Below are positions 21,714-31,547 of a DNA stretch of 64,000 nucleotides, piece by piece (position 1 is the stretch's first letter; every line of letters starts with the position of its first letter). A program made the translations under genes and the position numbers. The notes under the pieces were generated by a model. The model ran no database searches, had not been told where the DNA came from, and saw only the letters and a list, made by a program, of their open reading frames with translations. The DNA comes from Neophaeotheca triangularis. Lineage: Eukaryota. The DNA lies in contig BAAIJX010000004.1 of NCBI GenBank assembly GCA_054600435.1, positions 682,001 through 746,000 on the forward strand, given 5' to 3'.

Positions 21714-23312
21714 TTAGAACCCCCTGGTTTGGCACCCGCCAAGAATTCCCCTCTCCTCCACTTCGATGAGTTCAACCAATGTCACGACACGGTCGCCCAC
21801 AGCGAATATATCTTTTATCTTCAGGTTGTGATTCACTCTCACAGCAAGCTCGACTTCCACGGCCTTGCAGACATCCTGGTACGTTACGCCACCCTGTGCT
21901 CTAACTCGGACCATTTTGGTAGTATAAGAGCAGTCCCACTCGCTCTTAGATGGATCGTAAAGGAATACGTCGATTCTAGTGACCGGGGGTTGAGTCAAAA
22001 ACATCGAACAACACAGTAGTGGCTTTTGCGATTCCATGCCCCCAATAGGCCCGGACCAGGAACGGAACATCTCCAGACGAATCCAATTCGACTTCGAATC
22101 CGACAACGAAATGTGGTCGATGCATCCTCGCAGGATGTCCCATTCCTTTACTTCAAAGAGCAAGGGATTCAGCAAGGCGGGAGAGAAGACATAAATATCC
22201 GGATCCTTCAAGCTCACGATGGAACTGGAAGGGAATCTGTGGATGAATTCCGCTGCCTTGTCGCCGTAGTAGACGATGCCGTTCTTCTTGTCGTACGCCC
22301 AAAGCTCCTTCGGGGCTGCCTTGAGGAAGAGAACTGTCTGGAGAATGTCTGGGCCTTTGATGACGTTGCGCAGCTTGTGGCAGGTGGCAGACGCGCGGAG
22401 CAGCGGGAGCGGTCGCAAGTGCGCCAGGATCTTCTCGCACAGCTCTGTGGTGTTGAAAACCCGAGATACCGCAGTCGTGACGATGAGAGGGTTGTGATTC
22501 GTGCCAACAGCAGGAAGAGCAGGTTGCTTGCCCGCCCTTATGATGTCCTCGGCCTCGACGATCCACCGACCGCTGGCTTCCATGCCGTGGAGGGCGACGT
22601 AGGTGTTGTCAGGCAGAGTTCGACTCACGGATACCGCAGTCTCGCAGACGTCGCCGTAGGTCACTCCCATCTGGTTCAACACTATCCACTCCTTCTTCTG
22701 GCCGGAACACATAGTAGTGATACGGATCTCTGATACTGGCGGCTGAGTAACGTACATCGATCTGTGGACGGAATCGACCGGCAGCTTCTTGAACCCCTGT
22801 CTCGACGCAGCGCGGAAGTGATGATGTAGCTCAGGCTGATACGTCCACCAGTCCACATATTCTTTGATGCACGCTGGATAGAAGATCAAGGGGTTCACGT
22901 AGAATGGGTTGGCAGATGCGAGCTTGGAGAGAGCGGTATCGATGACCAATTGACCATGAATTCGGTCAGCAAGCTCGGACGCTGTGGAATGTTCCCTTAT
23001 CTTCCTCCATTCATCCAAGGAGAGTTTGCCCGAGACAGCAGGCCGAAGAAAGAGCTTGGTTTGGAGGATTGTTGAACTTTGAATGATGTCGCGGAACTTG
23101 TGGCAAGTGGCCCACACGCAGAAGAGCTCGAGAGGCGACAGGTGGGCGAGAATCTCCTCGCAGAGCTCGAAGGTGTTGAAGACGCGAGAAGAGGCAGTGA
23201 TGACGATGAGCGGGTTGTCGTTGGTCGCGGGTGAGGTCAAGCTCAGGTTTGGAGGTGGATTGTCGGTTGCGGAGAGGGAGGCGTCCTTGTCGTCACCTGG
23301 TGGTGAGGCCAT
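21714..23312 (-). CDS. F-box protein with two tandem F-box + C-terminal modules (cluster B)
   Basis: 532-aa uninterrupted ORF. Module 1 is NPLIVITASSRVFNTFELCEEILAHL...MYVTQPP...NQMGVTYGDV. Module 2 is NPLIVTTAVSRVFNTTELCEKILAHL...MFLTQPP...QGGVTYQDV. Confidence 0.8.
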   Translation of the reverse strand: MASPPGDDKDASLSATDNPPPNLSLTSPATNDNPLIVITASSRVFNTFELCEEILAHLSPLELFCVWATCHKFRDIIQSSTILQTKLFLRPAVSGKLSLDEWRKIREHSTASELADRIHGQLVIDTALSKLASANPFYVNPLIFYPACIKEYVDWWTYQPELHHHFRAASRQGFKKLPVDSVHRSMYVTQPPVSEIRITTMCSGQKKEWIVLNQMGVTYGDVCETAVSVSRTLPDNTYVALHGMEASGRWIVEAEDIIRAGKQPALPAVGTNHNPLIVTTAVSRVFNTTELCEKILAHLRPLPLLRASATCHKLRNVIKGPDILQTVLFLKAAPKELWAYDKKNGIVYYGDKAAEFIHRFPSSSIVSLKDPDIYVFSPALLNPLLFEVKEWDILRGCIDHISLSDSKSNWIRLEMFRSWSGPIGGMESQKPLLCCSMFLTQPPVTRIDVFLYDPSKSEWDCSYTTKMVRVRAQGGVTYQDVCKAVEVELAVRVNHNLKIKDIFAVGDRVVTLVELIEVEERGILGGCQTRGF

Positions 23313-23987
23313 GGTGAGGCGGTGGTGGACTTCAACTAACCAGGTGTCAGCGGAGATGCTTACTGGTGTTGGAGCGCAAGTGAAGTCACTGACCTGTATT
23401 AAGAAGCTGATACCGCAGCACTGGCCAACGTCGTAATGTGGAAGATTACCACTGCGAACTGGTGTTGGGTGAAGAAGGTGAAAGGTATAAAAGTCGAAGA
23501 CTTGGGGCTTTTGTTACCTGAGGTGGTCATAGCTGTGGGCGCGCTTCACTGCTCCGCCGTGCAGGCCCTTACCAACAACTCTAGCCCAAATTCAGGGGCA
23601 AGCGGCCCGAAATGGGCACGCGTGGTATGCTTTCACTTGCAACACCCATTCACGTGCAGCCTCTGTGGCCGTTGACACTTGACCGCCGACACTTGGCCGC
23701 TTTCTATTGTTCTAGATCTGCTTTTCCCTTTCCTCCTCTTTAAAAGACTACTTCCAATCGTAGCCTTCTTGGTAGATTATTGCTTGAGTTGGAACATAAC
23801 GGGGTAAGTGATTTCTCCTTGGTTTTTTTCGTTGTCAACACTTACATAGCCCGACGCTGTCTCGGGACTTCTACATCATATCAGAAGCCAAAAGGCGATT
23901 CCTTTGAGCATCTACGCTCGCAAGAGTTTGAGAAACATTTTTCTTCGAAAAACCGCCCAACCCTTTACCCCCCTGAATCTTCTCACC

Positions 23988-24749
23988 ATGGCCGACCACG
24001 CCCCAAAACACCATGGACCCGCAGAGATTGCCCAGGGCATCACCAACAAACTCCAGCAGACCTCTCTCACCACCGACATGACTCACTCCACCACGAACCC
24101 GAACCCAGTCTCAACCGCTTCAACCGCTCAAGACCGCGTCTTCAACACCACCGCGCTCTGCAAGGCCGTTTTCGAAAAATTCAGCATGAAGGATATTCTG
24201 CGCGCGACTCACATCTGCAAGCACTTCCGCAACGTCGTTCACAACTCGCCGAGCCTGCGTATCAAAATCTTCCTCAGCGCTGACACCGAGTTTAGCAAGA
24301 CTTGGACGGTCGAGCAGTGGCCAGGTCCTACCTCGTATCTTTTCAATGTCTACTCTGGAGAGGGCGAGCGATTCGACATGCTCCGGAGCAAGCTCGACGA
24401 GAAGGCAGTGGAGGCAAAGTAAGCTGAGGTAAAGGAAGCTGAGGCGAGGGAGGCTCATACGAAAAGATCCGAAGTTGAGAAGGCTACGGAGGGGAGGGCT
24501 AGAGCGAAGAATGCTCGGGTTGATCGGTACGATTTAGATCGCTTGGAGGTGATCGCCGAGGTGGGGCGCAAGCTTGTCGTGCACGAAGAAGAGATACGCT
24601 TGGCATCCTGGGCCCGTTGGCTCCGACGTATTGAGAAGCGATCGTCACTTCGAAGCGACTTCCGGGCGCAGCCATGGCGAGAGAGCGAGTATCCAAAGCT
24701 GGGTACATGTCATTTGTCGGCCGGGGTACGATCAACTTTGCTCTCCTGA
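23988..24749 (+). pseudogene. F-box gene interrupted by an in-frame TAA (cluster B)
   Basis: ATG at 23988 and F-box DRVFNTTALCKAVFEKFSMKDILRATHICKHFRNVVHNSPSLRIKIFL. TAA at 24420-24422 lies in a local repeat (AAG TAA GCT GAG vs AAG GAA GCT GAG), and the same frame stays open to TGA at 24749. Confidence 0.6.
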
Positions 24750-25310
24750 GCGCTTAATCTCTTTCTTCTTTCAAAAGTCCAGACAAGAAGGACCACGCGA
24801 GCGTTCCCAAATTGCCCAGGGTCAACATAGGTGCGTAAGGCTGCGTCGGCGACAGCCTTTAAAATTACATTTAGTATTTGGCCGCATCAAGATATAAAAG
24901 CACCTACGTGCAATATAGACATCTTCGAAGATATATTGTGGGTCTGATTCTATTTCTCTCTGGTCTAGTGAGACACGCAGATCGAGTGAGACAAACGCAC
25001 TTAAGCATGCCTCTTCCTAAATAACCCGCCATTCCTGCCTTGGCGAACAAGACTGTATGCTTTGGCTGCACGTGACCGGGCAGGAGTTTGTTGTCCCAGC
25101 AAGATGCATATAGGACCTCCGTGCCTGCTGTAAGCTTGCAGCTCCCAATTCTTCTGGTCCGTCTCTCTCACGCCTCCGGCAAGCTCTCGCCTCCGCAGCA
25201 GCGGATAACCATGTGATCGACTACCCCGAGGTGCCAAACCGCATGGTGTCATGGCCCTCCCTTCCGAAATGAGAAGTTTGCCGAGTGTCAAGCCTCCAAT
25301 GCATCAAGTG

Positions 25311-26303
25311 TTAAACATGCGGCAGGATATCCAAAAACTGGAGGCGGTCGTGCTGCTCTATGTCCCGCACCTCCTCCATCGAAAGCACAAAACACGATCG
25401 CTTAGATCGCAATGAGAGCTTTACCACTAATGGTGAGTCTTCACAATTTTCCCTCCCCTCTCCGGTAATAGTTCCAGGCTTGGTCGGTTGCGCTGATATG
25501 ATATCCTCCAGTTTGACACCAGCATCATTGGTCACCTCGTAGAATACCGAGGGTTTGCTGAAGAACCAAGGGTAGAGGGCAACAGAGGTCTCCGGTGGCT
25601 GAGTCAGGAACATTGATCTATGCATAACGTCGCCTTGGGGTAGCTTGAGGACATCGCGTGGGAGACAGATGTAATTGTCCCTGCTGCCTGTAGCATCGGC
25701 GATGCGCTCGTGCAACAAGGGCCACCACGCTGCTTTCAATACTCTCAACCAACCAAACCCAGGAGACAACCATTGGCTACGCAAGGGTATTCTGTCTGCT
25801 AGCAGGCTACACGCTGGGTGACAAAGTGCAGGATTACAGATCGCTGGGCACACCTCATAGAAGTCAAGCTGTTGGGTTTCGGAGGTGCCATCCTTCTTGA
25901 GGGTTCGTTTGAGTGACTCGGCGATAGTCTGGTTGTGGATGGTGTATGAAGCCATATCCCACCGACGATTGCGCTGGACCTCGATGGTCCAAGTCTTGCC
26001 AGCAGTAATGCTGCTCTCAGGCTCAAGGAAGATCTTCGTGCGCAGGGATATGGAGCCAAGGATGACATTGCGGAAATTCTTGCAGACTCGGGTCATTCGG
26101 ACGACCTCCTCCACATCGGCTTGCTCAAAGATGGCCTCGCAGAGCTCGGTGGTGTTGAAGACTCGAGTCCAGGAGGGCGTGGCATCTGAGCTTTTGATCG
26201 AGCTTGGTTGTACCATTTCAGTGTCCAGGTAGACCTTCCGGGCCACGCGGGTGCCTCGCGTAGAGACTTGAGCTTCGTTGGACTGGACGACGTTTTTGGA
26301 CAT
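25311..26303 (-). CDS. F-box domain protein (cluster B)
   Basis: 330-aa ORF with WTRVFNTTELCEAIFEQADVEEVVRMTRVCKNFRNVILGSISLRTKIFL, CNPAL, HRSMFLTQPPETSV and NDAGVKLEDI. Confidence 0.8.
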   Translation of the reverse strand: MSKNVVQSNEAQVSTRGTRVARKVYLDTEMVQPSSIKSSDATPSWTRVFNTTELCEAIFEQADVEEVVRMTRVCKNFRNVILGSISLRTKIFLEPESSITAGKTWTIEVQRNRRWDMASYTIHNQTIAESLKRTLKKDGTSETQQLDFYEVCPAICNPALCHPACSLLADRIPLRSQWLSPGFGWLRVLKAAWWPLLHERIADATGSRDNYICLPRDVLKLPQGDVMHRSMFLTQPPETSVALYPWFFSKPSVFYEVTNDAGVKLEDIISAQPTKPGTITGEGRENCEDSPLVVKLSLRSKRSCFVLSMEEVRDIEQHDRLQFLDILPHV

Positions 26304-27150
26304 GGTGAAGTTGGTGGGGACTGTTAAGCTTGTCAGTACATCCGGGTAAGAGGCCGAGCAAAGTCATCCACAGTCTTACGCGGAGAAGGAATAGAGTGAA
26401 GTCGGACTAGCCTACTAGGAGAGGATTGGTAAGGGCTCAAGTTCTTTATTGACGGTCTGGGAGTGCTCTGGGAGTTGTCAGTACGTAGGTAACTAGTAGA
26501 AGGCAAAGATGGTGGTGGTTTTCTGATTTCGCTTACCCGAGTGGTGTGGCACTACCGAGTGAACTCTCTCTCCAAGAAACGGCAGCTGGAAGTTCAAGTC
26601 GCTGGATTGTGAAAGCCTAGTCAATATTTGAGAAGTAGGGTAGCAAGGTATGGTAGGCAATGGACGTACCCTCTTGATTCCTGTTATCCTGCTCTGGTGA
26701 TCTTTGTTGGTGGATGAAAGGGGGAGAGGTAGTGAGGGCGCCGAGACTCTGAATTTGGACCTGAGCTTCCGAAATCTGGAGTGTTGACTTGGAGAGGTGG
26801 AAGGGGAAGAAAGACAGTGTAGGAGTAGGAACACTAAGCAGTAGGCTGGAGCAGCTCAGCTGGCTCGACCAGCCCAAGTGAAGTTGAAGAGCTGCCTCTG
26901 GTCGTGGAGTTTGAAAGTGCAACGAATAGTAGAAGAACAAAAACACAGTCTAAAGGGACCGGAAGCCGATTCATTACCCCTAGTCGTAGTAAATAGGACT
27001 TCGGAAGTAGGTGTTTGATACGAACTCTTCGCCACAAACAAATAAACCCCAAGACAATCAAGGCAAAAAGAAAGGCAAAAAGAAACTCCCAAAGGGAGAA
27101 GAAACCACTTAGCAACAACCGCACCCGAAGGCTGGTTTGCTTTTGGGAAG

Positions 27151-27260
27151 TGTATAGAGCTGGGATTCGAACCGCAGTCTTATCTATAACTTAAGAATCT
27201 AAGGGGAGTCAGCGGAAGGGGAATGGTCTGTGTGGTTACCAGCCATTAGACCATTATAAT
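27151..27260 (-). other. Degenerate tRNA-like / SINE-head-like element with Pol III A and B boxes
   Basis: The minus strand has TGGTCTAATGG (27253-27243, A-box-like) and GGTTCGAATCCC (27173-27162, B-box). The acceptor and anticodon stems do not fold convincingly. Confidence 0.4.
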
Positions 27261-28586
27261 TAATTTCAAGTGTGTTTGGACGGGCTCATTCCTACATAGT
27301 TGGTTTGCGACAGGTTCCATATATATAGTCTGAATACTTTAGCCAAGGGACATAACCTGTGACTTGAAGGATCTCTGGACCGCACCTCGTCTCTTTCACG
27401 CTCACCATTTAACCTGACGCGGGCCTCCTTATGATCGCCAGGGCCCATTATTTCCCTTCAGCCAGGACGTAGCACGGTGGCGCTCGTCGCCATGCACTCT
27501 GCGTGAAACCAGTAATGAGAAAGTAGAAAGTAGAACTTCAACCTATCACTGAAAAGAGCTCAAGCCCCTACCAAGTCCCAAACTTACCTTGTAGTAGTAA
27601 TGCAGCCGGCGTATGCAACCGCCATGATCTACGGGAGTCTCGAAAGAACGCTTACCTTGGCTACAGACTCTGGGAACGCAGTCACAACTCTCCCCCCCGA
27701 CTCGAGCTCACTGCAGCCTCTTCTTCACCTACACCACCGAGTCCAATGCAGAGATCTGGAACGCATCCAAAAAAGACCCCTGAGCTCAGCCTTGCAGGAC
27801 CCAACTCCACCCAGCCTCGCCCGCACTCTCTCGACGTGAGATAAACACCCAACGGCGCCAATGGATTCAGCTCCAACATCACTGGCCACAAGAATATCGC
27901 ACAAAACCGAAGGCGGTGCAGCGAGCAGGTGGTCCTGGTTGGAATGGGTAGGTTGCTATGGCCTGCAATTTGACTGCTTTCCCCAACAGGGTTTCGGCGT
28001 TACTAACTGCTGAATATTTGCATCTTCGCCCAGGGACTCACGGATTTCACTATTCGGCCAGCGGGCTAGACGATACCATCGTTAAATCTCGCCGGAGCTG
28101 GGTAAGGTCTCGTTGGTGAGGCAATCAATGCGCAGTAGTCAGAGGGTGTTTCGCAAGTGATGGCATTACTTTGGTCTCCCACGTTTGAAACCATCAAGGC
28201 ATAGACACTACATCCTGCACGAAGCCGATGCTCATCGGGGGATGGAGAATATGTTCGAAACTAGGTTAGTAGACATCATAGCTTGGGAAGTTTCAATTCC
28301 TATCGGTCATAAACCCGAAAGTGTGGGTCCAAAACCTCAGTGGGAGGTGAAGTCGAAAGTTGTCAAGCCGAAAGCTCAAACCCTGACCCTGTGGATAGTG
28401 CTGGTGGCCGGCGACTAACACCACGCCTGCTTTGGTCAGACAATGCTCATAACAGAACAAAGCAAGACAGGCTTTCAGCGACAGTGGTAAAAGCTAACAA
28501 CGCTTTCGGTGATATAATCTAGAATTCAATTCAGTTCAATCCACAGCCACCCCCCCAACCCCACCCTCTCCGCTCCCATCCTGCAA

Positions 28587-31487
28587 TCACAACCCCCCAA
28601 CCAACTCCCCCAAACTAAGCGGCTTCCTTACAGCATTACTCCAACCCTCCCTAAACTGCACCCAAACCCTCTCATCATCCTCCTTCTTCCTGCGCTTAGC
28701 CAGGACCTCCTTCTTACTCAACTGCCTCGCGCCCTCACCCTCAGTGACAACAACTCTCCCAAAAAAATCCCTCTCAACCTTGGCTGCAATTTTACCAACA
28801 CCATCGTCTTCTTCTCCCTCGAGCCCAGCAGCAGCGGAAGAGCGCTTGAGCAATTGCGGCTGAGCTGCCCCCCCGCTACCGCCGAACCGCGCCATGCGGC
28901 TCACTTCCGCTAATCTCCTGCTTTCCTTCTGCCACTCCTGGTCCAGAACCTGCCTCACAGCGTAGCGCGTGCGAGTCGCGCCAGTTTGGCCGAAGCCCTT
29001 GCCGCCCGTGGCGAAGAGACCCAGCGTCTCGATATCGGGAGTCAGGCGGTAGACCCAGCTAGCCTGGCCTTGCGGGGGTCGTTCGTCTTCGTCCCAGCTG
29101 AGCTTGCTCTTTTCAAAACGCAGTCCGCTTGCGCTCATGGCTTGCACGGCACGGGCGACGAGGGCTTGTTCGCTTGTTTTGCGGACGGTGGCGGTGGAGT
29201 TTGTTTTGTCGCCCGAGCCGGTGATGATGGTGGGGTTGATTTTGGGGGATAGCATACGGAGGAGGTTTGGGAGGAGGTCGGTTACGAGATCTGCGGTGCT
29301 GGGGAAGAGGCGGGTGAGGGGTTGGGAGAGCTGGGAGTGGAAGGTTTGGAGGAGGGCGGAGTTTGCTTTTGTGGCTTCGTGGGCGGCGAAAGAGGCCTGT
29401 GGGGTTGTTAGGGGGTGTGCGGGCTCCTGGTCGGCGGTGGGGTTATCGGGGGGCAGGTTGGCGGGTTTGCGCATTTGGCTTGCGAAGAGGTGGTGGAAGG
29501 CTAGAATGGGGGTAGAGAGGTAAGGCGCCATTTCCCATTCGGAAGAGTGGTAGACGGCGGTTTGAAGCGTGTCGTGGAAATGTAGCCATTCGTAGGCTGC
29601 GGTGGGTTTGGAGAGGAGGGTATCGTCCTGGTAAGGGTTGTCAGGGTAGGTCGCGAAGACGTCCGTAACGATGCGGTCGCAGTCGCCGTGAGTGTCGAGG
29701 AGTTCGCGAAGGCGAGTGGTGGAGGTGCGTTTGTGGGATTCGGCTACGCCTTTGATGCTTGCGCCGGCGGTTTGCTGGAGGGAGGTAGTGTTGCTGGCGG
29801 TTGAAGATAGGGAGGTTTTGGGAAAGCCGGCGCCTTCTTGAAAGACTCGATCGACAATGTCACGGGGACCGCCTCGGCCTAAACCTCTTGCTGCGCCACC
29901 ACCGTGGGACAGGTCGGAGAGAATGTTGTCCTCAACCCATCGTCGAGTGAGTTTGCCATTGCCGTCGGACGTAGCGTTGCTAGCTCGCAGTTTACCAGCG
30001 ACCCACTCACCCACCACCATGATGCCTCTCATATCACCCTCACCCGCCCCATTGCTACTCTTATCCTCTTTCCGATTGCTTACCCCCCAAGCAGCCTCAC
30101 ACAACCTCCTCACCCCATCACTCTCACAAGGAACATTCTCCCTATCAAAAATCGCTTGCATCCTGGCGACAATTGCCTGGATCGGCGGCTTCCTGCCATG
30201 CACAATCTCAGCCAAAGAGCTCTGCCTCAGCGGCCTCAGCGAAGGATGATAAACATCATTGCAAATCAAAATCATCGGTCTCAGCAACCTGAACCGGTCG
30301 CCCTTTTTCTTCTTCCCCGCAGCAGGCCCCTGCTGCAAACCTCCCAAAGCCACGTTGGTATTCTTCTGATCCAAATTCACAAGATCAATCAGCGCCTTGA
30401 CGAACCCACCCTCGCCACCCCCACCACTCCCACTCACGACCCCATCGACCTCATCCACAACCACACAAACCGGCTTTCCCGCCTTTCTAACCGTCTCACT
30501 CTTCCCCCCAACCCCAACCCCCTTCTTCTCCACCCCCCTAACATTCTCCGTCCCAACCATATCTCTAATCCTCCCTTTAACAACCTGTCCACTCCGCTCA
30601 TCACTCGCATTAATCTCCTGAACCTCGTAACCCGCCTGCTTCGCACAAACATGCGCGAGCGTCGTCTTGCCCAATCCGGGCGGTCCCGTCAGCAACAGAA
30701 TCTTCCTGTGCGGTTTCTCCTCCCACGGTGTGCCATCATTCTTCTTGCTTTTAGTCGGTCTGAGTGCCACACCGGGGTAGACGATGCTATCCCAGCGCTT
30801 GAGCCAATGCATGACGCTTCTGTGAGTGCGCTCGTCGCCGATCAAGTCTGTGAATTTGCGGGCACGATATTTTTCCGTCCAGAGAAGGGTGGGTTTGGCG
30901 AGATTCGGAGGGTTGGCAGCGACGCCAGGGGTATCTGCAGCGACGCTAAGAGTGTCACCACCATCACCCGGCGGTGTTGGCATCTCCCCGGCGGCGCGTC
31001 TGTATTCCGCTTCAACAACCTCCTCAGCTTTCGCCTGCTCGAGCAAAGCATGCACGTCCACGCCATAATAACTCCTTTTCGCCTTGACCGGGCGGGAGGG
31101 AGCGAGGCTGTTATGTCCTAGATCCAACTCCCCGCCGAGAGGTTGCTTGCGCTTGCGAGTCGGGAAGGGCGGGGTGGGGGGAGGGGACGAGGTCATGGTT
31201 GTGGATAGTGGTTCTTCGTTGTCTTGCTCGTGTTGGAAATTTGCTGGTGGTGAGGATGGAGCAGCGGCCTCGCTAGTGGGAAAGATCTCGTGCCGCGTCC
31301 AACGCCGGTGTTGGACGACTGTTCGCGCGGCCAAGTGGGCGCGTTTGGTGTCGGCGAGGGTTTCGTCGAGGGCGGCGAGGTCGTCGGAGAAGCTGGGAGA
31401 GTTGTTACAGTAGCTGGGTTGAGAGCTTGGCTTCGTGTTTGAATTACAAGGCGTGAGGATGTCGGAGGGCACGTCTGACCAGCTCAT
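28587..31487 (-). CDS. CTF18: Chromosome transmission fidelity protein 18 (alternative RFC clamp-loader AAA+ subunit)
   Basis: 966-aa ORF with LWTEKYRARKFTDLIGD, Walker A GPPGLGKTT, EINASDERS, Walker B VVVDEVDG, RPMILICND and C-terminal RDFFGR...VWVQFREGWSNAVRKP. Confidence 0.95.
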   Translation of the reverse strand: MSWSDVPSDILTPCNSNTKPSSQPSYCNNSPSFSDDLAALDETLADTKRAHLAARTVVQHRRWTRHEIFPTSEAAAPSSPPANFQHEQDNEEPLSTTMTSSPPPTPPFPTRKRKQPLGGELDLGHNSLAPSRPVKAKRSYYGVDVHALLEQAKAEEVVEAEYRRAAGEMPTPPGDGGDTLSVAADTPGVAANPPNLAKPTLLWTEKYRARKFTDLIGDERTHRSVMHWLKRWDSIVYPGVALRPTKSKKNDGTPWEEKPHRKILLLTGPPGLGKTTLAHVCAKQAGYEVQEINASDERSGQVVKGRIRDMVGTENVRGVEKKGVGVGGKSETVRKAGKPVCVVVDEVDGVVSGSGGGGEGGFVKALIDLVNLDQKNTNVALGGLQQGPAAGKKKKGDRFRLLRPMILICNDVYHPSLRPLRQSSLAEIVHGRKPPIQAIVARMQAIFDRENVPCESDGVRRLCEAAWGVSNRKEDKSSNGAGEGDMRGIMVVGEWVAGKLRASNATSDGNGKLTRRWVEDNILSDLSHGGGAARGLGRGGPRDIVDRVFQEGAGFPKTSLSSTASNTTSLQQTAGASIKGVAESHKRTSTTRLRELLDTHGDCDRIVTDVFATYPDNPYQDDTLLSKPTAAYEWLHFHDTLQTAVYHSSEWEMAPYLSTPILAFHHLFASQMRKPANLPPDNPTADQEPAHPLTTPQASFAAHEATKANSALLQTFHSQLSQPLTRLFPSTADLVTDLLPNLLRMLSPKINPTIITGSGDKTNSTATVRKTSEQALVARAVQAMSASGLRFEKSKLSWDEDERPPQGQASWVYRLTPDIETLGLFATGGKGFGQTGATRTRYAVRQVLDQEWQKESRRLAEVSRMARFGGSGGAAQPQLLKRSSAAAGLEGEEDDGVGKIAAKVERDFFGRVVVTEGEGARQLSKKEVLAKRRKKEDDERVWVQFREGWSNAVRKPLSLGELVGGL

Positions 31488-31547
31488 CGAGGAGGCATTG
31501 GAATGGCTTGGGAAATGTCGTTGGTCTCGAGTGGAAGTTTGGACAAG

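Noticed and set aside
26331..27419. TGTCAG...CTGAC ends suggesting a solo LTR
   Set aside because: Both TGTCAG words (26331, 26476) are better explained as reverse-complement ACTGAC branch points of minus-strand introns. The right end is CTGACG, and there is no target-site duplication.
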